A program made the translations under genes and the position numbers. A stretch of DNA of 64,000 nucleotides from the human T2T-CHM13v2.0 reference genome, Homo sapiens, in assembly GCF_009914755.1 (NCBI RefSeq), contig NC_060926.1; one strand, 5' to 3'. Each line of letters opens with the position of its first letter. Position 1 is the stretch's first letter. The notes under the pieces are model-generated. The model had not been told where the DNA came from. It was given only the letters and a program-made list of their open reading frames with translations, and searched no databases. This document shows, one piece after another, positions 52,430 through 64,000 of the stretch.

Positions 52430-53010
52430 CAAGTCACCTGGTTTTTCAAACCCTAATCTGACTATGTCATATATGCTACTTCCCCTAGCTTGAAGTCATA
52501 AAGACAGGACTGGTTAGTGTGATTTAGAGGGTTCTACACAGTCATCTCCATGCCTGCTATTCCACACCACCCTTTCTGGCCATCTTCTATCCCTTAAACT
52601 TTCATCCCTCTCATGTTCTGTCTGTTGCTGCAGGGCCTTTGCATATGCTGTTTGTCTGGCTGGAATACTACCCCCTCCACTTATCATTTAGTTAAACACT
52701 ATTCAGCTTATCTGAAAGCTCAGCTCAAATTTCTCTTACTCCAAGCTGACTCACCTGCCCTCACTGACTGGTCAAATCCCCTTTATACAGTTGGTCATTT
52801 AGTGTCTTTTTAACACTTATCACAGTTACAACTATATGTTGTTTAAGGGATTGTTTGATTAATATTTCTCTCTTCCAAAAGACTGTAAGTACCATGAGGG
52901 CAGGAACCATGTGTCTTCTTTATACTAACTCTATTCCCCAGAGCATAGCACAATGTCTGGCATCTAGTCCTGCTTTTGGTGAATATTTACTTGCCGAAAG
53001 GATGAAGAAT
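52430..53010 (+). mobile_element. L2 LINE 3' end
   Basis: 'cagggcctttgcatatgctgttt...tggaatact', 'tcagctcaaat', 'gactgtaagtaccatgagggcaggaaccatgt'. Confidence 0.7.
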
Positions 53011-53418
53011 GGTTTTCACTGGCTGGCATTGGGGGGCTGGTGTGCAACTGGCCCCTGAAAGACCCAGCTGGTGAGCTCAGAATCACAGCACTGGTGCCTC
53101 CCAGGTCCTCTATTGGCAATGGATGTCCCGGCAGAAATGGGAGCTGAGCTCTAAAAACTCCAATGTCTCTTGAATTGCATTTACTTATTTTTTTAAAAAA
53201 AGATTTTTCTGAGGCTATTTTAGCAGTTGATTTTTGTAGTTTGGCTATGATTCAGTAATTTCCCTGAAAGACAGGGGCCCTGGACTGTTTCCCTGAAAAG
53301 AGGCAATCTCATCCCTCTTGGATAAGAGCACATTGTCTGTTCACAAGGGACCTTCAGAGCTCTGCTTCTTGGGGGAGAGCCCAGGAGATGCAGCAGCTGC
53401 AGACTCAGTATTCCCAGG

Positions 53419-53439
53419 GGGTCAAAGGTCAAAAGGTCA
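53419..53439 (+). promoter_or_regulatory. Candidate nuclear-receptor response element (composite DR1 + DR2)
   Basis: GGGTCA-A-AGGTCA-AA-AGGTCA: three perfect RGGTCA half-sites in direct orientation. Motif match only; function untested. Confidence 0.5.
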
Positions 53440-54702
53440 AGGGTGTCTTTCTGCAGGATACCCCAATCAACGAAGTCTAGCCAAAGAACTGTTTGCCTCC
53501 CAGTTCCTAAATTCAACTTCCTGCCCTAGGCTATGGGCACTGCCATTCTGAAGTTTCACTGTATTATGATTTGTAATATGAATAAACATGAGTTTTGATG
53601 TTGACTTGGGAGAAGGGCTCTCCTAGCTTAATGACCAGTGAGTGGTTTTGTGTTTGTTTTTTTTTTTTTTTTAATGTGCTGTTCAATCTCCAAAGGACCA
53701 ATTGACTTGGAGAAACAGAATCCAAAAGTAGTTTGTTCTTTTACTGGGAACGTAAGTTCCCCATAAGCAGGACTCTTGTCATTTCCAGCCCTCTGTGTTG
53801 AATACACATAAATATGACACGAACAAATACCATATACTTCCCTCGTTGGGTCACTTTCAGCTCTTCCATCCAAATAACTGGACTCCAAAGTGGTACAAAA
53901 CAATCATGAAAAGTGAATTTACTCACAGGAAAAAAAGTGAGCCATTTCTTGTCTGAATTATCATGTGGCCAGCAGGACCTCCAGAGAAGAGGCAGCACCG
54001 AAAAGGAAATATGGTACATGATATGGAGAAGGGCGGCTTCCAGGAAGAGCCATTTTCTTTGTAAGAGATGGAGTTCTGGCAGAGACAGGCATTCTGATCT
54101 TCATAAAGCCATGCCACAGAGTCATGGATTCTGAGACAAATACATGTTTACTAGTTGCCACCCCAGGGGTCATCTGTCAAAAGGCCAGATGAATCATCAA
54201 AAGCGTCAGATGAATTAATTGTGAAAAATAGAGTAGATAAAGTGAATCACACACAGAACTACTGAGTTGCAAAACTCTCAGTTTACTTAGAGAAGACCTT
54301 TCACTTATTCATTCACTGTTTTGTTTGTTTATTCAATGATAATTCATTGAGTACCTAAAATTGTGTTGAACCCTATGCTGGGGCTACAAGACAAATTAGG
54401 TAGACCGTTTCCATTTCTTCATATTTGCTCTTCCCAGCCATTTCAGATTTGTTTACATTATTGATGGATTCAAGGATAACATTAATAAATTTTCTAATTT
54501 ATTCTAAGAGCAGCCAAGGTTAATTAAAGAAAAAAGTCATGAAAGAGAAAGAGGGAATCCTGGATGGCTGCTTGGCTCTTTAAACCTCAGTTTTCTTATC
54601 TGTGAAATATGGGGATCCATTACATGACATTACATAAAGTCTGTTCTGTTTTATAAACATACAGTGAAACCAACATTTTCTTAGAGATCTGATTGGACAC
54701 TG

Positions 54703-55258
54703 ATCCAGTCTTTACTGTTTTGTAATAAATTACCTTAAAACGTAGTGAGTTAAAACAACCTCCATTTTATTATATCTCATACCTTTTATCAATGGAGAAT
54801 TCAGCCGAGACTTACAGGGGTGTATGGCCTATTCCACGTGGTGTCTAAGTTCACTGTGACATATTCAACTGACAGATGGGCTGGTCTGGAAGTACCGAGA
54901 TAAAATCCCATGTTCAGAGGCTTGTTTGGGACGCCTGGGACACTGGGCTCAGCTGAACGGTCATTGTGGTATCTAGAGGTGGCTTTTCCAGCATGACAAT
55001 CTCAGGGTAGCTGGAGTTCTTACACAGTAGGTAGCTCAGAGCTCCCAGAGTGTTCCAGGAGAATTAGGCAAGAGATGCAAGATTTCTTTTGAACTAGCCT
55101 TCAAATTCCCAGAACACCACTTCTGCCACATTCCATTGGTCAAACCAGCCCAGATTCAAGGGAAGGGGAGAAATAGACTCAACCTCACAATGGAAGAATT
55201 GCATGGGCCACAAGGAAGAAAGTCATTGATGGCAGCCAGCTTGGAGGTAAGCTACCAT
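54703..55258 (-). mobile_element. MaLR LTR (MLT1G/H-like)
   Basis: 'gtaataaattaccttaaaac...ttaaaacaac', 'cacttctgccacattccattggtcaaa', 'gcccagattcaaggg', end 'gctaccata'. Confidence 0.75.
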
Positions 55259-56089
55259 AGTCACCAGGAGCGTTTAAATGCTACAGTGCCTGAGCCCTGG
55301 CAATTAAAAATATAAGTCTCTCTGTGATCTTTGATTTCTCCTTCTCTTCCTATAAGCTAAATCATGGAAAGTTCGGTAAAATACCTCGTGATTACAAGTG
55401 ATTCCTGAGCATGGATGGAATCTGATATGAAAATACTTAGATGCGCTTTACATTGATGAGAAAGATCTGGGAAAATTTTAAAAAGTGCAGAAGGCACGTA
55501 AGACATTAGGTCTCTTAGCGGTTGCATGGATCAGCTCACAGCCCCTTCTCTCCATTTTGAAACCTCTAGTGAAAGGGATTTCTCTCCTAGACCCTGTCCT
55601 TGTACTTCCCATGGTGTTTATCAGGTGTCTGAGGATACATGTCGCTTTTCAATCACAGATTTCCAAAAACCTGAAGCTTTGATTCCTCTGCTTCTCCCAC
55701 AAGGCATTAACAGGTTCTCAATCACTCTCTGCTTAATACACACAATCACTGTGATGGGGTTCACAGGAGGCTGGGAATAACATAAAGAGTAGTTTGAGAT
55801 CAACCCCTGCTTTCAGAAAAAGGTGATTTCATTATCTGTGTTGGCTAATGTTCAACAGCTCACCGATGCTCACTAATAGGCAATAAAAGTGAAAACATCC
55901 ACTGGGGGTTTGATGTCTGGTCTATGTCTTGGTAAATTAAATAGTGCACACTTTGTGGCAAGAGGCAGAAAAGATTTGTACGCTAAGTTTTCACGAGGAG
56001 ACAATCTTTTTACCCATGAACTCGCTGTCTCTGTACACGCACACTTTTGGTCCAGGCTTTTCCTTTGAAAGATAATCTTTGCACAGTGT

Positions 56090-56678
56090 TGTAAAATGTA
56101 AAATAGAGGTTCCTCTTCAAAGACTTTCCTCCCCCATCTAATTAGGAATAAATAATAACTTCTCTTAAAAGCAAAATTTATTCAAAGACCTGTGCTAACA
56201 TTCTTAAATCTCTGCTAGCCATAATAAAGAAATCAATGTACTTTATGTCCTTAGCTCCCACAATTTAGCCTAAATATTTGCCCTGGCGTGCTTATACTGG
56301 TCCAAGCAAGCATTCGGTTATAGCCTGTTTCTCTTCCTTATTGAAAAGCGTTTTTATCTTTCTCAGCATTCCACAAGTTACTCCCTCCTTCCTTTGTTCT
56401 CCTCTACCTTTGCCTCTTTTAAAAAGTTCTAAGTTGCTAGCCAATCAGGATGAATACAGAATGTGAGGTCCCGTTCCAGCCAATGGAAACCGGACACAGC
56501 AGTAAGGTAGACCCGTCAGGTTATAAATGACCCTATCTCCTTTGCTCGCTGTACTCTCGTGGCAAAACTGCTGGTGAGTGTACACTTTCTGCAGGAAGTA
56601 AAAATGGCTTACTAAATAAATTAAGTTTATGTTCAAGTGCTATTTCTTTACAGCACCAGAGAATGAGCATTTCAAACA
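56090..56678 (+). mobile_element. HERV-I family solo LTR (LTR10, LTR10C-like)
   Basis: 589 bp with TG...CA ends and TSD GTGT (56086-56089 and 56679-56682); 'aaatagaggttcctcttcaaagactttcctcccc' start and 'tttatgttcaagtgctatttcttt' near the end match my recall of LTR10C; two CCAAT boxes and a TATA box. Confidence 0.85.
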
Positions 56679-57134
56679 GTGTGGAAATTCTGCTCAACAC
56701 AGATGGGGGCAGGGTAGTTGGTGGTTGAGAAAGATTAATCATTACCCTTATGGCAAGTTTAATTAGTAAGAAAATGGAGGAAAACTGAGAAAAAGGAAAG
56801 CCTCCTTATTTACATTGTACTAGAGAATCAATTTCAACGTCATAAAAAAAAGTAAGACATGAGTTACAGACCCAGAAAATGTAAGGGCTCCTTGTTTTTC
56901 CATAAAATGTGAATACCACATAAGCAAGAGCCTACTTTTATTGTGTCTTCTGATTCTAACTATACTCTTTCATTCTCTTTCCATCCTAAAAGAAATTTTT
57001 TAAAGATAATGCTTTCAGAACCCTCCTACAAGAAAGCACAACATTTCTTATGATTATATAATAACTGTATAATACATATAACTGAATAACAATGAATGTT
57101 CTCATTTTTTATTACTTATTTTCTACTTACTTTC

Positions 57135-57640
57135 ATATTTCAAACCCTGGCTCAATATCTCACTTGCTGTGTGTCTTTGGGCAATTTACTTAGTGTCTCT
57201 CTACTCTGTGGTTCCCTCAACATTAATAATTATACATATCCATATGACAGTTTTGAAAATTAAATGAGCTAAAATAGGTTCAGAACAATGCCTGATACAC
57301 AGTAGATGCTCAATATGTATAACATGAAATTAACAAACACCTTCGCAATATTTTCTCATTTAATCCTCAAAACAAGCCAAGCAACATTAGGGAAACAGGA
57401 TCACATTAGGAGTTACAGGTCTATATTCTGCAGCCAGACTCTGCGTGTTCGAATCCTGGATCTTTGTCTCACTAGCTATATAATCTTGGCAAGTTACTAA
57501 ATCTATCTGTGCCTTAGTTTCCTTATTTGCAAAATGAGAATAAGAAGAGTACTTATTTCACAAGTTAAATGTGATATTATACACAAAGCACTTAGAGAAA
57601 TGCCTGGCACGTGGTAGGTGCCGCCATTTTATTTGCTGCT
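57135..57640 (+). mobile_element. Two or more MIR copies
   Basis: 'ttcaaaccctggctc...gctgtgtgtctttgggcaatttactta' and 'gttcgaatcctgg...cttggcaagttactaaatctatctgtgccttagtttcctt'. Confidence 0.75.
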
Positions 57641-57707
57641 GTTGAATGGTAATGTCTTGTGTTGGCTTAGTGTGCGCAGATGTGTTACTGTATAGTAGGC
57701 CCCCATG

Positions 57708-57869
57708 CAGGGCTGGTTTCACCGGTCACCCCGGGACCCATGCTTAGACTCTTTTAACTTGTTTTCGTGTTCAATTGTCACTGTCTTGAAATCCTTAATA
57801 AGTATTTGAAGAAACAGGACAGCATTTTCATTTTGCACTGGGGGCCTGAAAATTATGTAGCCAGGCCTG
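57708..57869. mobile_element. MER91A-like hAT-Tip100 element
   Basis: Ends 'cagggctgg' and 'ccaggcctg'; internal 'gtcttgaaatccttaataa...cattttcattttgcactggg...aattatgtagcc'. Confidence 0.7.
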
Positions 57870-58188
57870 CCCCTGGTTTTTGGAATTGATTCAAGAGCAC
57901 AGTTGCTTATAGGCCACTCATGCTGACTCATGTGAGGTATGTGCATTTATTTTGGGGCATCCCCAAAGCTCAACATTTCTGCACATTGAGCTTTGCCCCT
58001 ATTTGTCAGAGTAAAGGGGCTGGGGGCCAGCTGGGTTCTGTTCCGGGTTTGGTACTTTTCAGTTCCACGGGTGTAATGTGAGATGAAATTATCACAAAGT
58101 ATGGAAAATCCACACTCACAGCTCACATTGTACTGAATTGGTAACGTATCAGAAACGTGTTTACTATTATGTGAGAGCCATTGTGTTA

Positions 58189-58530
<342 letters not shown>

Positions 58531-59049
58531 TGCATAAGAATTTCTTGTCATTATGTAGTTCTTCAATGAATGAATATTAAAGATCATATAATATTATTAG
58601 GCAGCAGATAGAGAATTTTTATGGTAATGGAGGTCATTATACTTAAAACAATTGGGAAACCCCATATTACACTGTAAGTTCCTGAACTGCCAGATCCATT
58701 TCAATTCACATTTGAGCCCTCTTATTTCCTTGTTCAAAACCTCGCACACAGCAAGCGTACAATTAGCATGTTTGCAGTGAGTGATATAAGCCTAATGGAT
58801 TGATCAGATTTCCATCTTAATAGGTCAGATGTGGGAAATATATTAGGTTGAGCTAACAGAAATAACAAGGGACAGTGAATACAAAGGGGATCCTGGAAGA
58901 CATGTGAGATGGAGAAGGGGAGAGCACAGACTGCTTAAGTTCTTGGAATCATAAGAACTGATGAGTCAAGATGAAGCAAGTACACAGTTGGAGGACAGCT
59001 TGACAGAACAGAAGTGGGTTTTCCATGGAAGTAGGCAGACACCACGCCA

Positions 59050-59590
59050 GTGTGTTCCAGAACGGCATGCCTTCTCACTCGAGTTACATTCATGTCACTC
59101 CCCTGTTCAGAATATTCCAGTGACTTCCCAGCCTGCAAAGCCCCCAATCCCTATCTGGTCTAATTACTTCCTACTCTCTCTCTCCCCACCTCCTTCTGTT
59201 CCAGCCACATTGTTCTTCAAGCTCCTCCTTAAACATGCCTTGTATATCCCTGGGTCATCAATGTTCCCTTTGCCGGGAACACTTTGCTATCATTTTCTTC
59301 ATTCCTCACTTATTCAGGTCTTTTCTCCAAGGTCGTATCCTCAGAGTGAACTTCTCCAACCACCATGTGTAAGATAGACAGCACCCCAGTCATTCTCAAG
59401 CACTTTATCTTTTTAAAACATTGTATTATGTATTTATTTTTTCCATTGCCTATCAGTTTCATTTCTCATCAGAAAAACACATCTTTCTCTTTTGTTCACA
59501 GCAGTATCCATAGAGCTTAAAACATTTCCCAGCAGAGTCAATACTCAAATCAATATTTGTTGAATGGATAAGTGAATGAATGGGTAAATG
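59050..59590 (+). mobile_element. L2 LINE 3' end
   Basis: 'catgtcactcccctgttcagaatattccagtgacttccca', 'ctgttccagccaca', terminal 'aatatttgttgaatggataagtgaatgaatg'. Confidence 0.7.
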
Positions 59591-60149
59591 ATTTAAAAAC
59601 CCATGTGCAAATGAAGAAAGCAGTCCATTAGAAGAAGAGCAATGTATCGTCTACTAGTTCTGCCTTGGGAGATGGTCTGCGGAAGTGTTGGGGATCTGAC
59701 AGAGAATGAGATCACAAGGGGCTGGACTTGGATTTGGAATTTAAAGATTACATTGAGCCTGCAAACTTACAAACATCCTGTATACTACAAACTTGTTATG
59801 TCTTCTTCTTATACAGTTATAGTCAGTGCCAGTAGACTGAGAGTTTTGGCAAATCCACAGTGACTCGCCTATTCTCTGTGGTGGACACTGTTGCATGGAA
59901 GGAGCTCCCAGGATTCCCCAGGCGTGTTCTTCTGGTATGGTGGCTTCTGACTTGGCTTGGGTTACTGAGCCAACTTGATACCTTCGGTGCTCTGTCTGCT
60001 TTTTGCTGTTACCAAGGATAGTGGACTCCACCCGAGGAAGTTACAACAGGTAGGAGGAGGAGGGAGAATCATCCTGAAGAAAAGGATGAATTCGCTGTCT
60101 GAGAAAATATTACCCTAACCAAGCCCATGGAGTTCTAAGTATTTGTGTA

Positions 60150-60562
60150 GACTGTATGACTGTTCCAAACACTTCACTCTCTCCCAGGAACACATGATAC
60201 ATCTGTACTCTTTGCCATGTGACTGTATGACGCCTCCTAGTAAGGTAGGTGGGGAAAACCTTCCCGCCTCACTGACTTTCAGGTTGGCCATGTTACTTGC
60301 TTTGGCCAATGAAATGTTAGTGCAAATACCATGAACAGAACTTTCAGTGTGCTTGTTTTGTTTGGCTTGCCCTCTTGTACCATCTTCCAGGAGAGCTTCC
60401 TAGGGTGGCAGATACATGCAGCCAATTTAAGCCCAACCTGTAGGCAGAAGCAGAGCTACCCAGCTAATCTGCAGACATGCGGGTAAGAATCATAAATGTA
60501 TGCTATTGTAAACCGCAGATATTGGAGTTGTGTTTTTATGCCATAAAAACTTGATTAAGACA
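60150..60562 (+). mobile_element. MaLR LTR (MLT1G/H-like)
   Basis: 'ttggccatgttacttgctttggccaatgaaatgttagtg', 'gcagagctacccagcta', 'ataaatgtatgctattgtaa'. Confidence 0.6.
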
Positions 60563-60882
60563 GTTGTTGGAACATTTTCAGTGATATTTCTGATAATCGT
60601 GCCCTATATATCAAGCAAAGTTGCTATAGCTTAGTTATGTTGTGTTACACACCCATTTTGCCTAAATTCTACGTCAAACTATGAGAGTCAGATTTTTCAC
60701 CTCTAGGATGGCTAGGGGGTAAGCTATCCTTCTTGTTCTGTTCCAGGGAACTTGTCTGCTTTAGAAATGCTGCCTGATGGACCAGCACCAAGGACGTTTC
60801 TTCAGAAGAAAAGCTGTCTCTTTCCCCTGTTCTCTTACATTCTTTTGCATAAGGCAGGTACTCGATAAATTGAACTGATTAG

Positions 60883-61060
60883 TTGCACTGCCCAATAAGG
60901 TAGTCATTATCACCTCTGGCTATTTAAATTTAAATTATTCACAATTAAACAAAATAAAAATTCAAGTTCTCAATAGCCACATGTGGCTAGAGGCCACCAT
61001 ATTAGACAGCACAGATGTGGACCATTTCCATCATCACAAAGTTCTGTTGGACAGTGGCTA
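60883..61060. mobile_element. MER3/MER33-like hAT DNA transposon
   Basis: 'gcactgcccaata', 'ggctatttaaatttaaatta', 'ctcaatagccacatgtggctag...catttccatcatcacaaagttctgttggacag'. Confidence 0.75.
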
Positions 61061-62554
61061 CGTCTAGATTCCAGAGGTTGGGTAATTTATTAATTCTGAA
61101 GGCTGGGAGAAGTAAATTCTTTGTGGTTTGATGATATGAGTGCTGCGACGATAGGATGGAGAGAGGAGAAAGGGAATAAAAGAAAAAAATGAGCTCTATA
61201 ATCTCCTTTTACCTTTGGTTTAGACATAAATAATCTTTATGAAATACCACCTGGTGTGTTGGTTATACTCATTTTGCTGATTTTTCTAGAAACATTCTAG
61301 GGCATACAGTTCACCAGTCACATTTACTGATAAATGGGTATGTGTGTATGGTTCTTCCAGAGGGTATCTCAACAGAACAACCATATTTCAATTCATCTCC
61401 CAATGCAGGGAATGTGTCAAGGTTTGTAATCATAACCTCCAACACCTCCAAAACTAGAGACAAAAAGAACACAGAAAAAATGAGAAAATGTGTTCAGTGC
61501 TGAAACTAGCACTCCCAGCCCCAGGTCAGTTACAGCAGTGGCAGGCATTATGTTTGTCTCCACAAGATTCATCAAGCTATATGGGCAAAGACTCAGCAAG
61601 TAGAAGGCAACGGAGCATGGGCTAAGATCAGCAATTTATCTGAGGCCAAATACCACAAAACAAAGGGAGACTCATTATGTAAGCTAGCTACAGGTGTATT
61701 AGTTCCGTTTCAGAGACTTCCAACAGGTTTTCATATATTTCACATTTAACATCAGTATCAACCTTAATGTAAGAGACACTGCAATCATTTTTTATAGTAC
61801 TTGGAAATGAAAATTCTCAGGAGGAACTTTTCAAAGGATTTTTCAGTTCCATTTTTCTTATAGGAAAAGTTTTATATCTAAGGTAATACAATCTGCTCTT
61901 AAAATAGACTGAAGTGTCTCTATTCCTTTCTGAACTTTTGGGTCATCTTTGGTCATTGATCCCAAAGAGTGGATTTCTAAGTACTTAGGTTTTCTTCACT
62001 AGCAACAGTCCCTGGACTCTGTCATCCCTAGTAGCTGTCTTACACAGTATCCAGCACTCTTCAGCTAACACTTTCCACCCTTCCAACCCATTTTGCCTAA
62101 ATCTTATCAAACTGTGAAGGCCAGATTTTTCTAGACCTTCTAGAACTTCCACTGCAATGTATTTTGAGACTCATCAAGACCACCAATCCAAGGACCCCAT
62201 AACTTTCTTATTATTTTGTCTTATTTTCTTAGTGTCTATTACACAGTCCATTATCACAACTACTATCTTATAAACACCCTTAGATTCCATGCCACTGTCT
62301 CTGATGTACCTTCCAGGGAAGACTCTGAACCTGATTTTGCCCAATTTTTGCTTCTTTTTACACTGCCAACTGAATGGCTGAGCTGGCCAACCTCTACTGT
62401 GCACTCAACATAGTCCAGAATTTATGCCACATTTCTACATTTTAAGATAATAATTTCAACCACCCCCATCTCTCCTCACATCAACCCTCCAGCCCCCTTA
62501 AATACCAGCAACAATGTTGCCCTATTCTTCATTAAGAAGGTAGAAACTGTTGAA

Positions 62555-62933
62555 TGCTGCTGGACTGAACTATGTTCCTCCAAAATTGATATGTTGAATA
62601 CCCTCACCCCCACCCCCAGGGTGACTATAGCTGGAGATGGGGCCCTTAGAAAGAAGTTAAGGTTACACGGGGTCATTAGGGTGGGGCCCTAAGTCAATGG
62701 GGCTGGTAGTCTTATAAGAAGAGGAAGAGACCCCAGAGTGTTCACTCTATCATGTGAGGACAAAGCAAGAAGGCAGCCATCTGCAACCCAAGGAGATAGC
62801 CCTCGCCAGATATCAATGCCACTGGCACCTTGGTTTGGACTTCCTGTCTCCACAACTGGGAGAAAATTAATTTCTCTTATTTAAGCTACCAAGTCTATAG
62901 TATTTTGTTACGGCAGCCCAAGCAGACTAGTAC
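62555..62933 (+). mobile_element. MaLR solo LTR (MLT1A/B-like) inside an L2-like relic (about 62200-63310)
   Basis: 'ggactgaactatgttcctccaaaattgatatgttgaa' to 'ttgttacggcagcccaagcagactagtaca'. Confidence 0.85.
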
Positions 62934-63344
62934 AGATGGAAACCATCACCTTCTCACCAACAAATCTACAAACCTCCACACACACCCATCTTCCTTTCCT
63001 TCTCACCTAGTGTAAGGGGAAGTCAATTTCATGACTGCTTCTCAAGAAGTCTTAAAGCTTCTCGAAGACTTTGTTCATTTGATCTATTCTTTTTGCTCTT
63101 ATAAATTAATATCTACTTCTCTGCAGAATTATTTGCAATATCCTGCAAACATGCTTCAATATCTCCCATGTTAGAAAAAAAATTATGTCCTCATCTTTCT
63201 CATATTGCCACCACAGTTATTGATTTCCATTCCCAACTCAATCTCTTGAAAGAGATGACCACACATTGTTTTCATCTGCCCACCTCTCACTCACTTTTCC
63301 CCTACTGCAACTCATACTAATTGCTACATTTCCTTGATAAGTTC

Positions 63345-63916
63345 ACTGTTGCAATTATCTAATGTTGCATATCAAAGCACGCTAACTTTGTGGCTTAAAA
63401 CAATAACAGCTCACAAACCACTCATGGGACAGGGTTCAGTAGAACCATCTGGGTGGCTTAAGGCTGTAGACAAGAATCATCTAAAGGCTCTGCCATTTCC
63501 ATGTCTGGCAGTAGAGGCTGAGGAGCTCAAAACACATCAGACTCCAACAGCGGAGGCTCTTCCAGCATCTTTCTATGGCTCTATGTGGTCTCCATGTGAA
63601 ATCTCCAGTATGGCAGCTTCACTGTAGTCAGACTTTTTCCAAGTTATCTCTAGAATATGAAGGAGCATGCCCCAAAAGAGAAGTGCCAGTAACTATGTGT
63701 GTAAAAAATTAAACTAAAATTCAGCGGTGTAAAACTACCATTTCTTATGCTAACTAATTCTGTGGGTCAGGAATTCAAACAGGACAGAAGAGGGATGCCC
63801 CATCTCCTTGCCATGTCTGGGGCCTCCTCTGGAAGATTCAAAGACTGGGAACTGGAGTAGTTGAAGCTCACTGTAAGCCAAAACCTCAGTCGGAATATCC
63901 ACACAAAGCCTCTCCA
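63345..63916 (-). mobile_element. Old MLT1 LTR fragments (probably two, one nested)
   Basis: 'gtggcttaaaacaataac', 'ctccagtatggcagcttc', and 'aattctgtgggtcaggaattcaaacaggacag...gtctggggcctc'. Confidence 0.6.
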
Positions 63917-64000
63917 TATGTCCCCACCCAAAAGTCATCTTGAATTGTAGTTTCCATAATCCCCACTTGTGTGAGGGAACTGATGGGAGGTAATTGAATC
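63917..64000 (+). mobile_element. Start of a THE1 LTR (runs off the window)
   Basis: 'tgtccccacccaaaagtcatcttgaattgtagtttccataatccccac...gggaggtaattgaatc'. Confidence 0.85.

Overview
Primate (human-like) nuclear DNA, repeat-dense and apparently intergenic or deep-intronic. I can support no intact protein-coding gene, RNA gene or CpG island. The one gene-derived feature is a 5'-truncated processed pseudogene of USP21 (about 27941-29069, + strand), inserted into a hAT-Charlie DNA transposon. The rest is mostly transposon relics: about 11 Alus, several L1, L2 and MIR fragments, MER elements, a complete LTR10-family solo LTR and more than 20 MaLR LTRs (THE1/MST/MLT1). The most interesting signals are a THE1 LTR inserted in reverse inside another THE1, which makes a roughly 330-bp-arm inverted repeat with both target-site duplications (TSDs) intact; a triple RGGTCA nuclear-receptor element in non-repeat sequence; p53-like, CCAAT and TATA motifs in the LTR10; a perfect DUX4 motif in a THE1; and a readable L2 endonuclease relic. 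I see no convincing new biological system. Repeat subfamily names come from my recall of consensus sequences and need Dfam/RepeatMasker confirmation.
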